DNA of 64,000 nucleotides from positions 1 to 64,000 of the forward strand of contig JBHICG010000006.1 of the NCBI GenBank assembly GCA_046759445.1. The letters run 5' to 3'. Below are positions 30,356 through 41,231 of this stretch, one piece after another; position 1 is the first letter of the stretch, and each line of letters starts with the position of its first letter. The position numbers and the translations under genes are program-made. Below the pieces are notes generated by a model. That model worked only from the letters and a program-made list of their open reading frames with translations. It had not been told where the DNA came from and did no database searches. This DNA comes from Candidatus Scalinduaceae bacterium (GTDB taxonomy: Bacteria > Planctomycetota > Brocadiia > Brocadiales > Scalinduaceae).

Positions 30356-31402
30356 GTGTTGAAAGACTATAAAGGGGCCTGTCATATTCATACTGAGTAT
30401 TCAGACGGAAAGGCCAAAATTACTGACGTAATAACCAGTGCAAAGGATGCCGATCTTGATTTCGTGATACTCTCAGATCATAATACTTTTTTACCCAAGC
30501 ACGATGGCTGGGAAGGTTGGCACGACAATCTGTTGGTAATAGTCGGTATGGAGGTATCTCCCAGGCGAGCGGGGCATTTCCTTGCTCTTAATACACGACC
30601 TTTAGCTGGTAATGGTCACATTGACCTAAGGAAATACAAGTATATGACTTCTAGAGATTGTCTTGATGATGTTACTGATAATGGTGGTACTGCATTTATT
30701 GTTCATCCATTAGGCAAAAAGAAGTTTACATTTAATATAAATCTACAGGCATGGCAAGACTGGGAACAAAACGGTTTTGCAGGTATTGAAGTATGGTCTT
30801 ACCTGCATGACTGGATTGACGATCTGAAACTGTCGAATATCTGGCATTTCTATAAATATCCAAACCTGCAGATAAAAGGGCCTGATCCAAAGTTACTATC
30901 CTTGTGGGATAAATTGGGACAAAAGAGAAAGATTGTTGGAATCTCCGGCCTAGATGCCCATCTCAAGAAGATTCCATTTATGAGAAGGCCAATATTTACC
31001 TACAAAGAACTCTTCAAGACGATTCGTACTCATGTTCTCATTGATCATGAATTGGCAAAAACTAATGAAGCGATTATGTCTATTTATGATGCACAAAATA
31101 ATGGTAGATGCTACATTTCCTTTGATTTGCTGGCAGATGCAACAGGCTTTAAGTTCTTTGCTGATTCTGGGGACAGAATTTTCAACATGGGTGATGAGGT
31201 ATTTAATATTGAAGATAAGATTTACTTTAGTATTAAATCGCCTCATCAAGCCACGATAAGACTCTTACGTAACGGAGAAATATGTAGCGAAAGCGAAGGG
31301 ACATTCCTGGAATCATCAAGTACTGAAAAAGGCGTATTCAGGGTAGAAGCATACATAAAAAACAAGCCATGGGTATTTACTAATCCGATTTATGTCAGAT
31401 AA
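30356..31402 (+). CDS. PHP-domain metallohydrolase
   Basis: HIHTEYSDG, SDHN, VHP, GLDAH, WVFTNPIY. Confidence 0.85.
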   Translation: MLKDYKGACHIHTEYSDGKAKITDVITSAKDADLDFVILSDHNTFLPKHDGWEGWHDNLLVIVGMEVSPRRAGHFLALNTRPLAGNGHIDLRKYKYMTSRDCLDDVTDNGGTAFIVHPLGKKKFTFNINLQAWQDWEQNGFAGIEVWSYLHDWIDDLKLSNIWHFYKYPNLQIKGPDPKLLSLWDKLGQKRKIVGISGLDAHLKKIPFMRRPIFTYKELFKTIRTHVLIDHELAKTNEAIMSIYDAQNNGRCYISFDLLADATGFKFFADSGDRIFNMGDEVFNIEDKIYFSIKSPHQATIRLLRNGEICSESEGTFLESSSTEKGVFRVEAYIKNKPWVFTNPIYVR

Positions 31403-31529
31403 TCTTTAAATGCGCTAATCCTGTGTATTTTAATCCACAAAACGAAGAATGAATCCAACTTAATTTCCCCATTTATTAAAAGACAGGCCTGGGGGGATTT
31501 TATAATATGATAATCTGGTTATACATGTT

Positions 31530-32270
31530 GTGAAGAAAAAGCCAAAAGAGAAGGTATATGAAGACTCAATAAGTAATTGGCCTGCAGATGAAAGGCCAAG
31601 AGAGAGATTGTTAAAATATGGATCTCATACCCTAACTAATGCAGAATTGCTAGCAATATTGTTACGTGTTGGTGTTAAAGGCAAAAATGCCGTTGATCTG
31701 GCAAGGCAAATAATTAGGGAGGCAAAAGGTTTAAGAGGTCTGGACAAGCTGGAACCAAAGGATTTGTTTAATATAAAGGGTCTCAATCTTGCGAAGATTG
31801 CTCAGATCAAGGCATCTATTGAATTAGGGAAAAGAATCCTTGAGGAACCAAGAAAAATTGAAGGAGTAGCCTCATCATCTGGGAAGGTATACGATATGCT
31901 TGTTCCAAAGATGAGAGATTTGAAAAAGGAGGTCTTCAAGGTAATATTCCTCAATAGCCAAAATAATGTTATTGATATTGTAACAGCTCATGAAGGCACT
32001 GTAACAATGAGCAATGTGTATGTAAGAGAAATTATAAATCTGGCGAACAAATTTGGAGCTGCAGCAATGATATTTGCGCACAACCATCCATCCGGCGAGC
32101 CTAAGCCGAGCAATGAAGATAAGGACATTACCGAGGAACTTGTCTTTGCAGGTAAGATTATGAGAATAAAGGTATTAGACCACATCATAATTGGCGAGCA
32201 AAAATATTTCAGCTTTGCAGATGAAGGATTGATAAAACGTTATAATACAAGATTCGATATGAGGAAGTAG
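31530..32270 (+). CDS. radC: RadC/JAB-domain protein
   Basis: ERPRERL, AHNHPSG, VLDHIIIG. Confidence 0.95.
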   Translation: MKKKPKEKVYEDSISNWPADERPRERLLKYGSHTLTNAELLAILLRVGVKGKNAVDLARQIIREAKGLRGLDKLEPKDLFNIKGLNLAKIAQIKASIELGKRILEEPRKIEGVASSSGKVYDMLVPKMRDLKKEVFKVIFLNSQNNVIDIVTAHEGTVTMSNVYVREIINLANKFGAAAMIFAHNHPSGEPKPSNEDKDITEELVFAGKIMRIKVLDHIIIGEQKYFSFADEGLIKRYNTRFDMRK

Positions 32271-32279
32271 TTTTAAAAA

Positions 32280-33047
32280 TCAAACACCAACTATATGATA
32301 ACCTGAATCAACATGGACAATCTCTCCAGTAATTCCACTTGCCAGGTTACTGCACAGGAAAGTAGCTGTATCTCCAACTTCTCTCTGGTCAATGTTGCGT
32401 TTAAGGGGGGCTTTCTCCTTTGTAAGCTCATACATAGACATAAAATCCTTTATGCCTCTCGCTGCCAGGGTCCTCATTGGGCCAGCCGAGATTGCATTAA
32501 CGCGAATGTTCTTTGGTCCTAAATCTGCTGCTAAATATCTAATGCTTGATTCAAGCGCTGATTTGGCAACTCCCATTACGTTATAATTCTTAACAGCCCT
32601 TTCTCCTCCAAGATACGTAAGTGCTATTACTGATCCGCCACGTACCTCTAATAATGGAAGCGCGCGTCTGCATAATGCTATCAAAGAGTAGCAGCTTATA
32701 TCCAGGGCAAGCGTAAATCCGTCTCGTGAAGTATTTACGAAATTACCTGCTAGATCCTCCTGTTTAGCAAAAGCTGGGGTGTGTATTAGTCCGTCAATGG
32801 AGTTAACACTTTCACCTACTCGCTTAAAAAGTTTATCTATGTCATCATCGGAAGTAACGTCACATTCCCCTACATCAATTGCGTCTAAAGGTTCGAATAG
32901 CCGTTTAACTTCATTGCCAAACCTTTCTGTCTGATATGTATAAGCTATCTTTGCACCATGTTTTGAAAGTGACTCCGCTATAGCCCAACCAGTGCTACGT
33001 TTACCTGAAATATTAACTATGAGTATTATTTTGCCTTTAAGTATCAT
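32280..33047 (-). CDS. fabI: Enoyl-ACP reductase
   Basis: ALTYLG, YNVMGVAK, RVNAISAGP.RTLAA. Confidence 0.93.
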   Translation of the reverse strand: MILKGKIILIVNISGKRSTGWAIAESLSKHGAKIAYTYQTERFGNEVKRLFEPLDAIDVGECDVTSDDDIDKLFKRVGESVNSIDGLIHTPAFAKQEDLAGNFVNTSRDGFTLALDISCYSLIALCRRALPLLEVRGGSVIALTYLGGERAVKNYNVMGVAKSALESSIRYLAADLGPKNIRVNAISAGPMRTLAARGIKDFMSMYELTKEKAPLKRNIDQREVGDTATFLCSNLASGITGEIVHVDSGYHIVGV

Positions 33048-33595
33048 TTATGATGCTCCTGTATTATATAGTGATTTGTTATAATCCTTAATAATTCTAA
33101 TGTTTACATTATTTTAAGGGCCAGGTAAATGGCTAAGCTCGATATGTTAATTTTAAGAAGAAACAAAATCAATATAATTTTAACTAATCTTAATTGTTTT
33201 CTATATATCTAGCGCATCAGGTTTAGAATCTTCTTAAAATCATGAGAAATACACCTGCCCACTCGATACAAAACATTAGAAATATTTAGATGTTATTGGA
33301 TGTATAATATCTATATGCCATTATTATTTAGTAGGGGGGGTGATAAAAATAATTGGACTAATACACATAATTATGGTTTATTAAAAAACCATTACAATGA
33401 ACAATATCTGTTATTACTAGTTGATTATAATAAAGACATGGATATTGTTGGCGAACGGTTTATAAAACGGATAACGACCCTTAGAATATTAAATCTTGAA
33501 GGTAAGACAGAGTACCCATATAAATATTTAATTTCTTATCATGTTTTCGTTTCTGCCGGACATGTATCAATTTTTAAAGAGTGAACAATCTTAAA

Positions 33596-34342
33596 ATGTA
33601 TAAATTATCTGTGTCAATATTAATTCTTATAATGGTTTTTTTTGCCAACAACCTGTTTGCTGACGAAATAAATGAAAAGAAACTTCCGAGTTTCCAAAAA
33701 GAAGTAAAAGAATTTTTTAATAGCCGCAGTCGAAATGGGATGAATCTCAGTGACAAGGAGAAATCCATAATCACCAAGGCTGCACAAGATTTGGCCGAGG
33801 TAATGCCAAATCCGGGCTTGAAGGTTGGTGAAAAAGCGCCGGATTTTATACTGACAAATGCATACGGAAGAAAGGTTAAGCTTTATGAACAGTTAGAAAA
33901 AGGACCCGTAATCATTTCATTCTATCGTGGAGCATGGTGTCCATTTTGTAATATTGAACTAAATACGCTTCAAAAAAGCCTTCCTATCTTCGAAAAATAC
34001 AATGCCTCGCTGATTGCTGTCACACCCCAAAAGCCAGATAAGTCAAATGAACAACTTGAAAAAGCTAAATACACATTTGAAATTTTAAGTGACCTTGATA
34101 ATAGTGTGATGGAGTCATACAATTTATATTTCGAAGTGCCTCAAGAACTGCACTATTTGTATAAGAATCGATTCAACTTTGACATTACTGACTACAATGG
34201 CAAAGGACGACTGGGATTGCCGGTGCCGGGTACCTTTGTTATTAGTCAAGATGGCATAATCAGGGCAGCCTGTGCTAAAACCGATTACAAAAAACGGATG
34301 GAACCTAGAGATATATTAGAAGCCTTAAAGGCACTTAAATAA
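33596..34342 (+). CDS. Exported peroxiredoxin-like AhpC/TSA protein
   Basis: Signal peptide; FYRGAWCPFC; LPVPGTFVI. Confidence 0.85.
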   Translation: MYKLSVSILILIMVFFANNLFADEINEKKLPSFQKEVKEFFNSRSRNGMNLSDKEKSIITKAAQDLAEVMPNPGLKVGEKAPDFILTNAYGRKVKLYEQLEKGPVIISFYRGAWCPFCNIELNTLQKSLPIFEKYNASLIAVTPQKPDKSNEQLEKAKYTFEILSDLDNSVMESYNLYFEVPQELHYLYKNRFNFDITDYNGKGRLGLPVPGTFVISQDGIIRAACAKTDYKKRMEPRDILEALKALK

Positions 34343-34377
34343 TGTTAACAAATCGCTGAACCAGAAAAAGGAAGGAG

Positions 34378-34566
34378 ATGTTTAATATGCAAAACGTAGA
34401 TATGTCCGTAGACGGTAGTATTCTTACTATAAAGGTTGATCTTGCAAAGGACTTTGGGCCTTCTGCGTCTGGTAAGACAACAATAATAGCATCCACAAAA
34501 GGGAACAAGAACGTTCCAGGTAAAGACGGGATTAAGATAGGCCTAAACATCTACAAAACTGATTAG
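34378..34566 (+). CDS. Small conserved hypothetical protein
   Basis: AGGAG RBS; GPSASGKTTIIAST.GN motif. Confidence 0.7.
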   Translation: MFNMQNVDMSVDGSILTIKVDLAKDFGPSASGKTTIIASTKGNKNVPGKDGIKIGLNIYKTD

Positions 34567-34704
34567 CAGTTTGTTTCTCTATCACCAAAAGGCTTGGAGG
34601 TTAGTAAAATACACCTCTACTATTTAAAGCCTGGTTGTTATATAACGTACCGTACATAACACTAACAGTTTAATATTATAATGAAATATTAAGGAGAATA
34701 AATT

Positions 34705-35298
34705 ATGTTAAATAATTGCCTCAATAAATTAATAGTAGTATTTGGTTTTTTTGCCTTGTTCAACCTCAGTATTGTTAAGATTGAATCTGCGTATGCCAAT
34801 CCTCTGGTTTTAATGGAAACTTCAAAAGGGGACATAAAGATTGAATTGTTCGAAAATGAGGCTCCTATAACCGTTAAAAACTTTTTATCCTATGTATCAG
34901 AAGGGTTTTACGACAACCTAATATTTCACAGGGTTATAAAGAATTTTATGATTCAGGGTGGTGGGTTTGATGCCAAGATGAATCAAAAAAATCCCAAAGC
35001 GCCCATAAAAAATGAAGCCACTAATGGATTAAAGAACAAGAAAGGAACTATCGCCATGGCACGAACAAACGTTGTTGATAGCGCCACATCCCAGTTTTTT
35101 ATAAATGTGGCTGATAATGATTTTCTTGATCATCAAAACAAGACTTCAAGGGGTTATGGATACGCCGTATTTGGAAAAGTTGTAGAGGGTATGGATGTGG
35201 TTGATAGTATTGTCAACGTAAAAACAGGTTCTTTCGGCAGCTTCAGAGATGTGCCCATAGAACCTGTAATTATAAAGAGTTTAAGGTTGGCAGACTAA
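34705..35298 (+). CDS. Exported cyclophilin-type peptidyl-prolyl isomerase
   Basis: [35 protein letters not shown]. Confidence 0.95.
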   Translation: MLNNCLNKLIVVFGFFALFNLSIVKIESAYANPLVLMETSKGDIKIELFENEAPITVKNFLSYVSEGFYDNLIFHRVIKNFMIQGGGFDAKMNQKNPKAPIKNEATNGLKNKKGTIAMARTNVVDSATSQFFINVADNDFLDHQNKTSRGYGYAVFGKVVEGMDVVDSIVNVKTGSFGSFRDVPIEPVIIKSLRLAD

Positions 35299-35337
35299 AA
35301 AGAAACTAATCTCTTTTCTTGACAAATTTTATTAATA

Positions 35338-35706
35338 TCAAATGTCACTTTTTGATCTTCTTATCCTGACACCCTCTGGTGTAATAATAGTCAAATTTTC
35401 ATGTACATCTTCAGCTTTGGTGTCTTTGTAATATTTCTTGAATATATTTAATGTGTCTTCAACAGATTTTTTGTATATTTTAACTACAATAATTCCACCA
35501 CATTTATTTGGCGGGAATCTAAACATTCTGGAAAAGTCTTTGTCCATTGTAATAATCACCCGTTTCTCTTTACAAGCTAATTGATAGACCTCATCATCAG
35601 GTATGCCTGAAAGCCCTGCGTCTCTAATACCGAGTACATCGTTGCCAAGTTCTCTTAAATAATCGATTATGGGTTCAAAAAGGTTTTCATTGGCGAACAT
35701 CTTCAT
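35338..35706 (-). CDS. DUF5615 PIN-like toxin (VapC45-like)
   Basis: ANENL, G.PDDEV, IITMDKDF; coupled to the DUF433 gene. Confidence 0.8.
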   Translation of the reverse strand: MKMFANENLFEPIIDYLRELGNDVLGIRDAGLSGIPDDEVYQLACKEKRVIITMDKDFSRMFRFPPNKCGGIIVVKIYKKSVEDTLNIFKKYYKDTKAEDVHENLTIITPEGVRIRRSKSDI

Positions 35707-35930
35707 GTAGTGACTCCTGCTTCTTCATCAGCAAGAACTGAAGCGTAATTTAGACATGCCCTGATATCCTCATCAGTGATATTTGGATATGCTTTTTTGA
35801 CCCCATCATGGCTTTCTCCCGCAGCAAGAAGGTCAAGGATAATATGGACGGGGATCCTTGTCCCTTTTATACATGGTTTACCACTGCATATCTTTGGATC
35901 ACAAATTATTCTCTCAACTATTTTAGTCAT
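35703..35930 (-). CDS. DUF433 antitoxin (VapB45-like)
   Basis: DPKICSGKPCIKGTRIPV, YPNIT.EDI.ACL.YA. Confidence 0.9.
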   Translation of the reverse strand: MTKIVERIICDPKICSGKPCIKGTRIPVHIILDLLAAGESHDGVKKAYPNITDEDIRACLNYASVLADEEAGVTT

Positions 35931-35979
35931 ATTACAACTCCTTTCTACATTTTAATTTGCCCTAATTCTACAAAGGAAA

Positions 35980-36294
35980 CTACCTTTTAGTTTTTAAGTG
36001 CATCGGAAGACGCTTCCGATGCATAACATAAAAGCTGAAGTCTAAATCTCGCACCTTCTTAACCTTTTCAATAAACCCTTTTATATTTACCTCATCCAGA
36101 TAATTCCAGGAGTCAAGATATTCTTTCGGTTCACTTAATATATCTTCAATATATTCTATACTCCCCTTCAAAAACTCTTCTTCCGTCTCGTATTGCATAG
36201 CAGATACACCGATTTCACTTCGAAGCACGTCTATGGCAGAGTAAGCCAAATTCAACGTTTCGTACGCCATAGGGGTTAAATTATCCGTGTCCAT
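35980..36294 (-). CDS. Hypothetical protein, C-terminus possibly derived from a junction/hairpin
   Basis: Acidic protein-like first 80 aa; tail runs through the hairpin at 35999-36023. Confidence 0.5.
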   Translation of the reverse strand: MDTDNLTPMAYETLNLAYSAIDVLRSEIGVSAMQYETEEEFLKGSIEYIEDILSEPKEYLDSWNYLDEVNIKGFIEKVKKVRDLDFSFYVMHRKRLPMHLKTKR

Positions 36295-36453
36295 TTTACT
36301 TACTTTTTCTAATTATGCGAATATTACTTTTATATAATTATAATAAATAATGAATCTTATCCTCATTTGCTTATTATCAATTTAGTTTTCTTTCTTAAAG
36401 CCTCCCACTATAAATTAGCATCATGATTATGCTCATCCTTTTCATCACCCTTT

Positions 36454-36525
36454 CATATTGTTTTTAACGGTCGCTGTCCCTAGTTTTACCATATTGTTTT
36501 TAACGGTCGCTGTCCCTAGTTTTAC
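36454..36525 (+). repeat. Exact 36-bp tandem duplication
   Basis: CATATTGTTTTTAACGGTCGCTGTCCCTAGTTTTAC twice (36454-36489, 36490-36525). Confidence 0.95.
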
Positions 36526-38290
36526 ACAGCTCATTTATAAGATAATCTGAATTCCCCTCTTCCTCTTCCAGATATGTAAGGTATTTATTGTAGAATTTCT
36601 TTCTCAGAACTTTGCCTTCTTTAAATACGTTTTTAAAGTGGGAAAGGAATTCTATCTGTGTATGAATACTTTTTCTAAACGACTCTACACTACTTTCCAG
36701 TCGCTTCAAAAGAATGGTCTGCAGGAGAGCACCAAGGGCTTTCATTCTCCCTAATTCCATTTTATCCTTCTTGCCCACTATTCTATATTCTTCAAGTCTG
36801 TAGTAAGCAAGATTAAGTTCCTTTTCTATTTTTTCGGCTATTCGATGATAAAGACCTTGGTAGGTCTCATCAAGGCTGTAGTTTATTTCAAAAAGTTCTC
36901 TCTCAGGAAATTTTATTTTAGTCCAGACATCATTCACATCTTTATACTTTGCATCTGGATAGTTATCCGTTATATATTGCCTGGTTCTACGGATAGAGAT
37001 AATTTGTAGGACATCCGCTAACTGTGAAATATACCCCTTATCGGCTTTCTTGAATTCCTTTTCAAGGTCAAAAATACCTTCCTTGAAAAAAACTCTTTTG
37101 TCGTTCTGGGCAAGCAGCATCAATTGAAAGTATAAGTCCCAGTGGGTATTATTCATTGGGGTAGCGGTTAAGAGTAAGACCTTAGGTTTGTGTGTTTTGC
37201 TTGCTTTTTCTATAAGGGTGAATAATGTTTCATATCGATTTGAAAATGGGTTCCTGAAATTATGAGATTCATCAATTACGATAAGGGCTATGTCTTCCAG
37301 TTTGAAATTCAGTTTTTTCTCCAAGATACTAAAGTCATAATCTTCTCTTCCAAGTTCCTCCTGGTGAATAATATTTTCAGACACTCCAATATCCTTCAAA
37401 GCAGGTTTCCATAAAGGTTCATCCACAGATGCAGGGCATATTACAACAAACCTTTTACGTCTATAGAAACCAAAATCTTCGATAACCTTCTTAGCAATCC
37501 ATGTTTTACCAAGACCAACAGAATCTGCAATCAAGACACCATTGTATGTCTTAAGACGTGAATATATTCTTTTAACAGCATCCTCTTGAAAATTGGATAG
37601 GTCAACCTCGCTGGAGGGTAGCGTCTCTGGGGTCTCATATTGATATAAGATGTCATCCTTCTGTAGTTCGTACAGGGATTTTATGAAGATACTGAAAGGT
37701 AGGTATTCTTTCGTTCCAAGTTTTGATTCATCCAGGATTCTTATAAACTCTTCTTTAAAGTTTGTTGCCTCATTCCAGAACTTCTCATACCATTCTTGTC
37801 TTATGTATCTACTGTGGGCTTCATCGAGTACTGCATTGAGTTCAGTATTAGAAGTAAAACCAGAATACGTAAGATTGCTTGAACCGAGAATTGCTAATTT
37901 ATCAAAGAGATATACTTTACCATGGAGAAATCCCTTTCTGTAAAGTCTAACTTCGACATTCGTTTGTTTCAGGAATTCAATTAGTGTAGTAACTGTGTCT
38001 TTTTTATCTTTTTCAAATGCTTCATCTTCTAAATCCTGCCTGATGCCTTTTTTATATATCTGTTCAGGTTCAAAAATGTCAGGTTTTTTTACTTCCTTTT
38101 CTGGAGATATACCAAGAAGCAACCTGAACATTTCAACTCCAAGGATTGAATCTTTTATCAATTGAAAACCAGATATATTGAAATAGGCGGTTGAAACATC
38201 AAAGGTCTTTTGTCCCTGTAATATTTTGTTCAGCTCTTCAAATAGCTTAAGCTTGTTATTGTCTATTATTAAGCTTTCAGGTCGATACAT
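36500..38290 (-). pseudogene. PLD-nuclease + SNF2-type helicase, truncated before the helicase C-terminal domain
   Basis: LHGKVYLFD...GSSNLT (HKD), DSVGLGKT, IDESHNFRN, LLTATP; motifs V/VI absent; ends inside the 36-bp repeat. Confidence 0.8.
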
Positions 38291-38299
38291 GATTTTGTT

Positions 38300-38671
38300 T
38301 CACCTATTGTAATGTTTTACTATTCTATCCCTATCCTCAGTTTCTTTGTTTCCTTTGTAATAAATTTCAACTAGCTCAATTTTATCTACTTCTTTAAAAT
38401 AGGCGTAGATTACTCTGATGCCGGATTGAACTCCTTTACCTTTTAAAGACTTACAGGCAAATTTTCTTGCCTTATATATTTTAGGACATTCTATTTGTAA
38501 ACCAGTTAATGGGAATATGCCTTTATTATCTATTTTTAATTTGTGGTAAAGATACAACTCTTTCTCAATAAATATCTTTAAATCATCTTCCAGGGTTTTA
38601 AATTTTTTAAGAAGTTTCTTTATATCCTTCTCAAATTCAGGAAGATGGGATATTTTATGAAATGTCTTCAA
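38300..38671 (-). CDS. RelE/ParE-superfamily toxin-like protein
   Basis: FEKDIKKL, IYKAR, GKG..SGIRVIY; overlaps the upstream antitoxin gene. Confidence 0.65.
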   Translation of the reverse strand: MKTFHKISHLPEFEKDIKKLLKKFKTLEDDLKIFIEKELYLYHKLKIDNKGIFPLTGLQIECPKIYKARKFACKSLKGKGVQSGIRVIYAYFKEVDKIELVEIYYKGNKETEDRDRIVKHYNR

Positions 38672-39434
38672 CGTATTCTCTTACTGAATAGGGGGGTGTT
38701 CTGTAAAAGACAGACTCATATTCGATAATATCTTGATCTTTTGTGGTTAGCCAGGGAACATCATTGTGGGAGTATTCACTTATTTGAGCAGCGTTCATTT
38801 CAGAAAGCCTGTTCAATGTATCGTCAATAACTTCAATTTCATTTGCCTTTAGTTTAGATAGGTCTGCTTTTCTCAAAGGTAAGTATTTGGTCTGGGGGTA
38901 TTCGAAATAGCTACTTTCAACTTTTATGATTTTTTCTTCTTTAATCATCTTGCTGGCTATCTTTTTAAATTCTATGGGCGTTGGTCCATAGCGATTTTTA
39001 ATATAAGTGGCACCTATCAATTGTTCTTCATATTTTTCATAGAAATCAAAGTCAATGAAGTACAGAAGCTTATAAATTACAGTCTCTCCAATGTTTGATT
39101 TTGAGCCAACCTTATTAAGAATGTAAAGAAAAACCTCCTGAAATTTCTCCAGATTCTTCTGCGGAACATTGATTCTGATTTGAGGCTTTGATTCTTTCCT
39201 TTTCTTGGTTTCTTTTAAAATCACTTCAGGTTCTTTTTTTAAATCCAGTAAACTATCTACTGAAATATCGAATATCTTTGATAGTTTTATTAATTCATCT
39301 GCGGAAATTCTTCTTTCTCCGTTTTCTATCTGAGAGATTGTTGGGCGTGAGACCGTTAACCGATCGGCGAGCTTTTGTTGGCTAATTCCTGATTGCTCTC
39401 TCAATTCTCTTATTCTATGACCAATCTTAACCAT
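38655..39434 (-). CDS. XRE-HTH + DUF4065 (Panacea/SocA-like) antitoxin
   Basis: SQQKLA...ISQIENGER HTH; KLLYF, YGPTP, SH.DVPW. Confidence 0.85.
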   Translation of the reverse strand: MVKIGHRIRELREQSGISQQKLADRLTVSRPTISQIENGERRISADELIKLSKIFDISVDSLLDLKKEPEVILKETKKRKESKPQIRINVPQKNLEKFQEVFLYILNKVGSKSNIGETVIYKLLYFIDFDFYEKYEEQLIGATYIKNRYGPTPIEFKKIASKMIKEEKIIKVESSYFEYPQTKYLPLRKADLSKLKANEIEVIDDTLNRLSEMNAAQISEYSHNDVPWLTTKDQDIIEYESVFYRTPPYSVREYVEDIS

Positions 39435-39453
39435 AATAGTCTCCTTTTTTATG

Positions 39454-39482
39454 ATATTACATAATGTAAGATATTATGTCAA
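39454..39482 (-). promoter_or_regulatory. Sigma70 promoter with palindromic operator
   Basis: Minus strand TTGACA-17 bp-TAATAT; palindrome TTACAT-A-ATGTAA at 39457-39469. Confidence 0.7.
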
Positions 39483-39504
39483 GAGAATGTTGTATAATAT
39501 TACA

Positions 39505-40860
39505 CTAGATAATCTTTGATATAGCATGGGCAAGTTTGTTTATATCCTCTTTTGTCTTTGTCTCTGTTACACACAGAAGCATGGCGTTTTTGATGTCTGG
39601 ATAAAGACGTGATATGTCAAGACCACCTATTATGCCGGATTCAAAGAGGTGTTTATTTATGTCTTTTATTTTACAGTCAGCCGTAATCTTTATGGCAAAT
39701 TCGTTAAAGAAGGGTTTGTCAAATAATTGCTCTATTCTGTCTATCTCGCATAGTCTGGCCATTGCATAGTGACTCTTGTAAACGTTCAATTCGCTAACTT
39801 CTTTCATTCCAGCCTTGCCTAATGTGGCGAGATAGATGCATGTCCTGAGCGCTAACAGTTGCTGGTTTGTACAGATATTTGATGTCGCCTTTCCGCGTCT
39901 GATATGTTGTTCCCTTGTCTGAAGCGTGAGTGTGAATGCACGCCTGCCTTTTGAATCGGTTGTAGCGCCGGCAATTCTTCCCGGCATCTTTCTCATAAGT
40001 TCTTTGCTAGTTGCAAAAAACCCAGCATGCGGTCCACCGTAATAAACATGATTGCCCAATACCTGTATGTCTCCTACAGCAATGTCTGCATTATACTCTC
40101 CGGGTGGTTTGATTACTCCTAATGTCATCGGATTAACACAGGCAACAAAAAGTGCTTTATTCTTATGGGTTAATTCTACCATCTCTTCTATTTCTTCCAG
40201 ACAACCTAAGAAGTTTGGTGTCTGGATTAAGACGCATGCAGTATTAGGGTCAATCATATTTTCAAGTTCTGAGACAGACGTGATGCCGTTATCCATTTCA
40301 AGCTCTATGAGTTTAACATTCAGTCCCTGAAGATAAGTTGATAATACTTCCCTGTATTCAGGGTGAACGGTTTTTGACACTATAACCTTTTCTTTTTGTG
40401 TATACCTTAGGGCCATAATTGCCGCTTCCGCCATGGAAGATGCGCCATCATACAATGAAGCATTTGCTACATCCATTGCCAGTAACTCGCATATCATGCT
40501 CTGGAATTCATATATTGCCTGTAGCGTTCCCTGACTTACTTCAGGCTGATAGGGGGTGTAACAGGTATAAAATTCGCCTCTACCACTTAAATGGCCAACG
40601 ATGCTCGGAATAAAATGCTCATAAGCCCCTGCGCCAAGATATGAAGCGTATTTATTAATGGTTGCATTATTATCGCTTAAAGACTTGAAGGAGCGTTTAA
40701 GTTCCATTTCGGAGATTCCAGCAGGTATGCTTATGGGTTTGCAAAGCAATTCTTTCGGTATGTCCTGTAAAAGATCATCTATTGATGAGACTCCAATCTC
40801 TTTAAGCATTGATTTGATATCTGATGCTGTGTTAGGAATATAATTTATTTTGTTTGGCAC
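39505..40860 (-). CDS. gcvPA: Glycine dehydrogenase subunit 1
   Basis: YTPYQPEVSQG, ANASLYDG, REQHIRR.KATSNICTN. Confidence 0.96.
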   Translation of the reverse strand: MPNKINYIPNTASDIKSMLKEIGVSSIDDLLQDIPKELLCKPISIPAGISEMELKRSFKSLSDNNATINKYASYLGAGAYEHFIPSIVGHLSGRGEFYTCYTPYQPEVSQGTLQAIYEFQSMICELLAMDVANASLYDGASSMAEAAIMALRYTQKEKVIVSKTVHPEYREVLSTYLQGLNVKLIELEMDNGITSVSELENMIDPNTACVLIQTPNFLGCLEEIEEMVELTHKNKALFVACVNPMTLGVIKPPGEYNADIAVGDIQVLGNHVYYGGPHAGFFATSKELMRKMPGRIAGATTDSKGRRAFTLTLQTREQHIRRGKATSNICTNQQLLALRTCIYLATLGKAGMKEVSELNVYKSHYAMARLCEIDRIEQLFDKPFFNEFAIKITADCKIKDINKHLFESGIIGGLDISRLYPDIKNAMLLCVTETKTKEDINKLAHAISKII

Positions 40861-41231
40861 AATTCTTCGTATTCCTTATTCGATAAAAGATTTTTTAACT
40901 GTTGAAGGTCTGCCATTTCAATCTGAAAAAACCAGCCTTTGCCATAAGGGTCTTGGTTTACCAACTGTGGATTATCCTCAAGATTATTGTTTATTTCGAT
41001 GACTTTACCAGAAACTGGTGCGTAGATATCATAGGCGGCCTTTACAGATTCAACAACCGCACACGCCTTACCAGCTTCCACAATGCTGTCCAAGGCGGGC
41101 AATTCAACATAAACAACGTCGCCAAGTTGATCCTGGGCATGGAACGTAATGCCAATCCTGACCTTGTTCTCTTCTTCTCTCCTCGACCACTCATGAGTCT
41201 CTGCATAGAATAAATCTTCTGGAATATTCAT
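40845..41231 (-). CDS. gcvH: Glycine cleavage H protein
   Basis: VESVKAA lipoyl-Lys, DPYGKGW. Confidence 0.96.
   Translation of the reverse strand: MNIPEDLFYAETHEWSRREEENKVRIGITFHAQDQLGDVVYVELPALDSIVEAGKACAVVESVKAAYDIYAPVSGKVIEINNNLEDNPQLVNQDPYGKGWFFQIEMADLQQLKNLLSNKEYEELCQTK

Noticed and set aside
33300..33584. 94-aa ORF in AT-rich intergenic DNA
   Set aside because: No motif; composition suggests a chance ORF
36021..36045. GTTATGC (minus strand) as an attC R' site starting a TA cassette
   Set aside because: No matching GCATAAC after the DUF5615 gene
36454..36525. 36-bp repeat as a CRISPR array
   Set aside because: Only two abutting copies, no spacer, no cas genes
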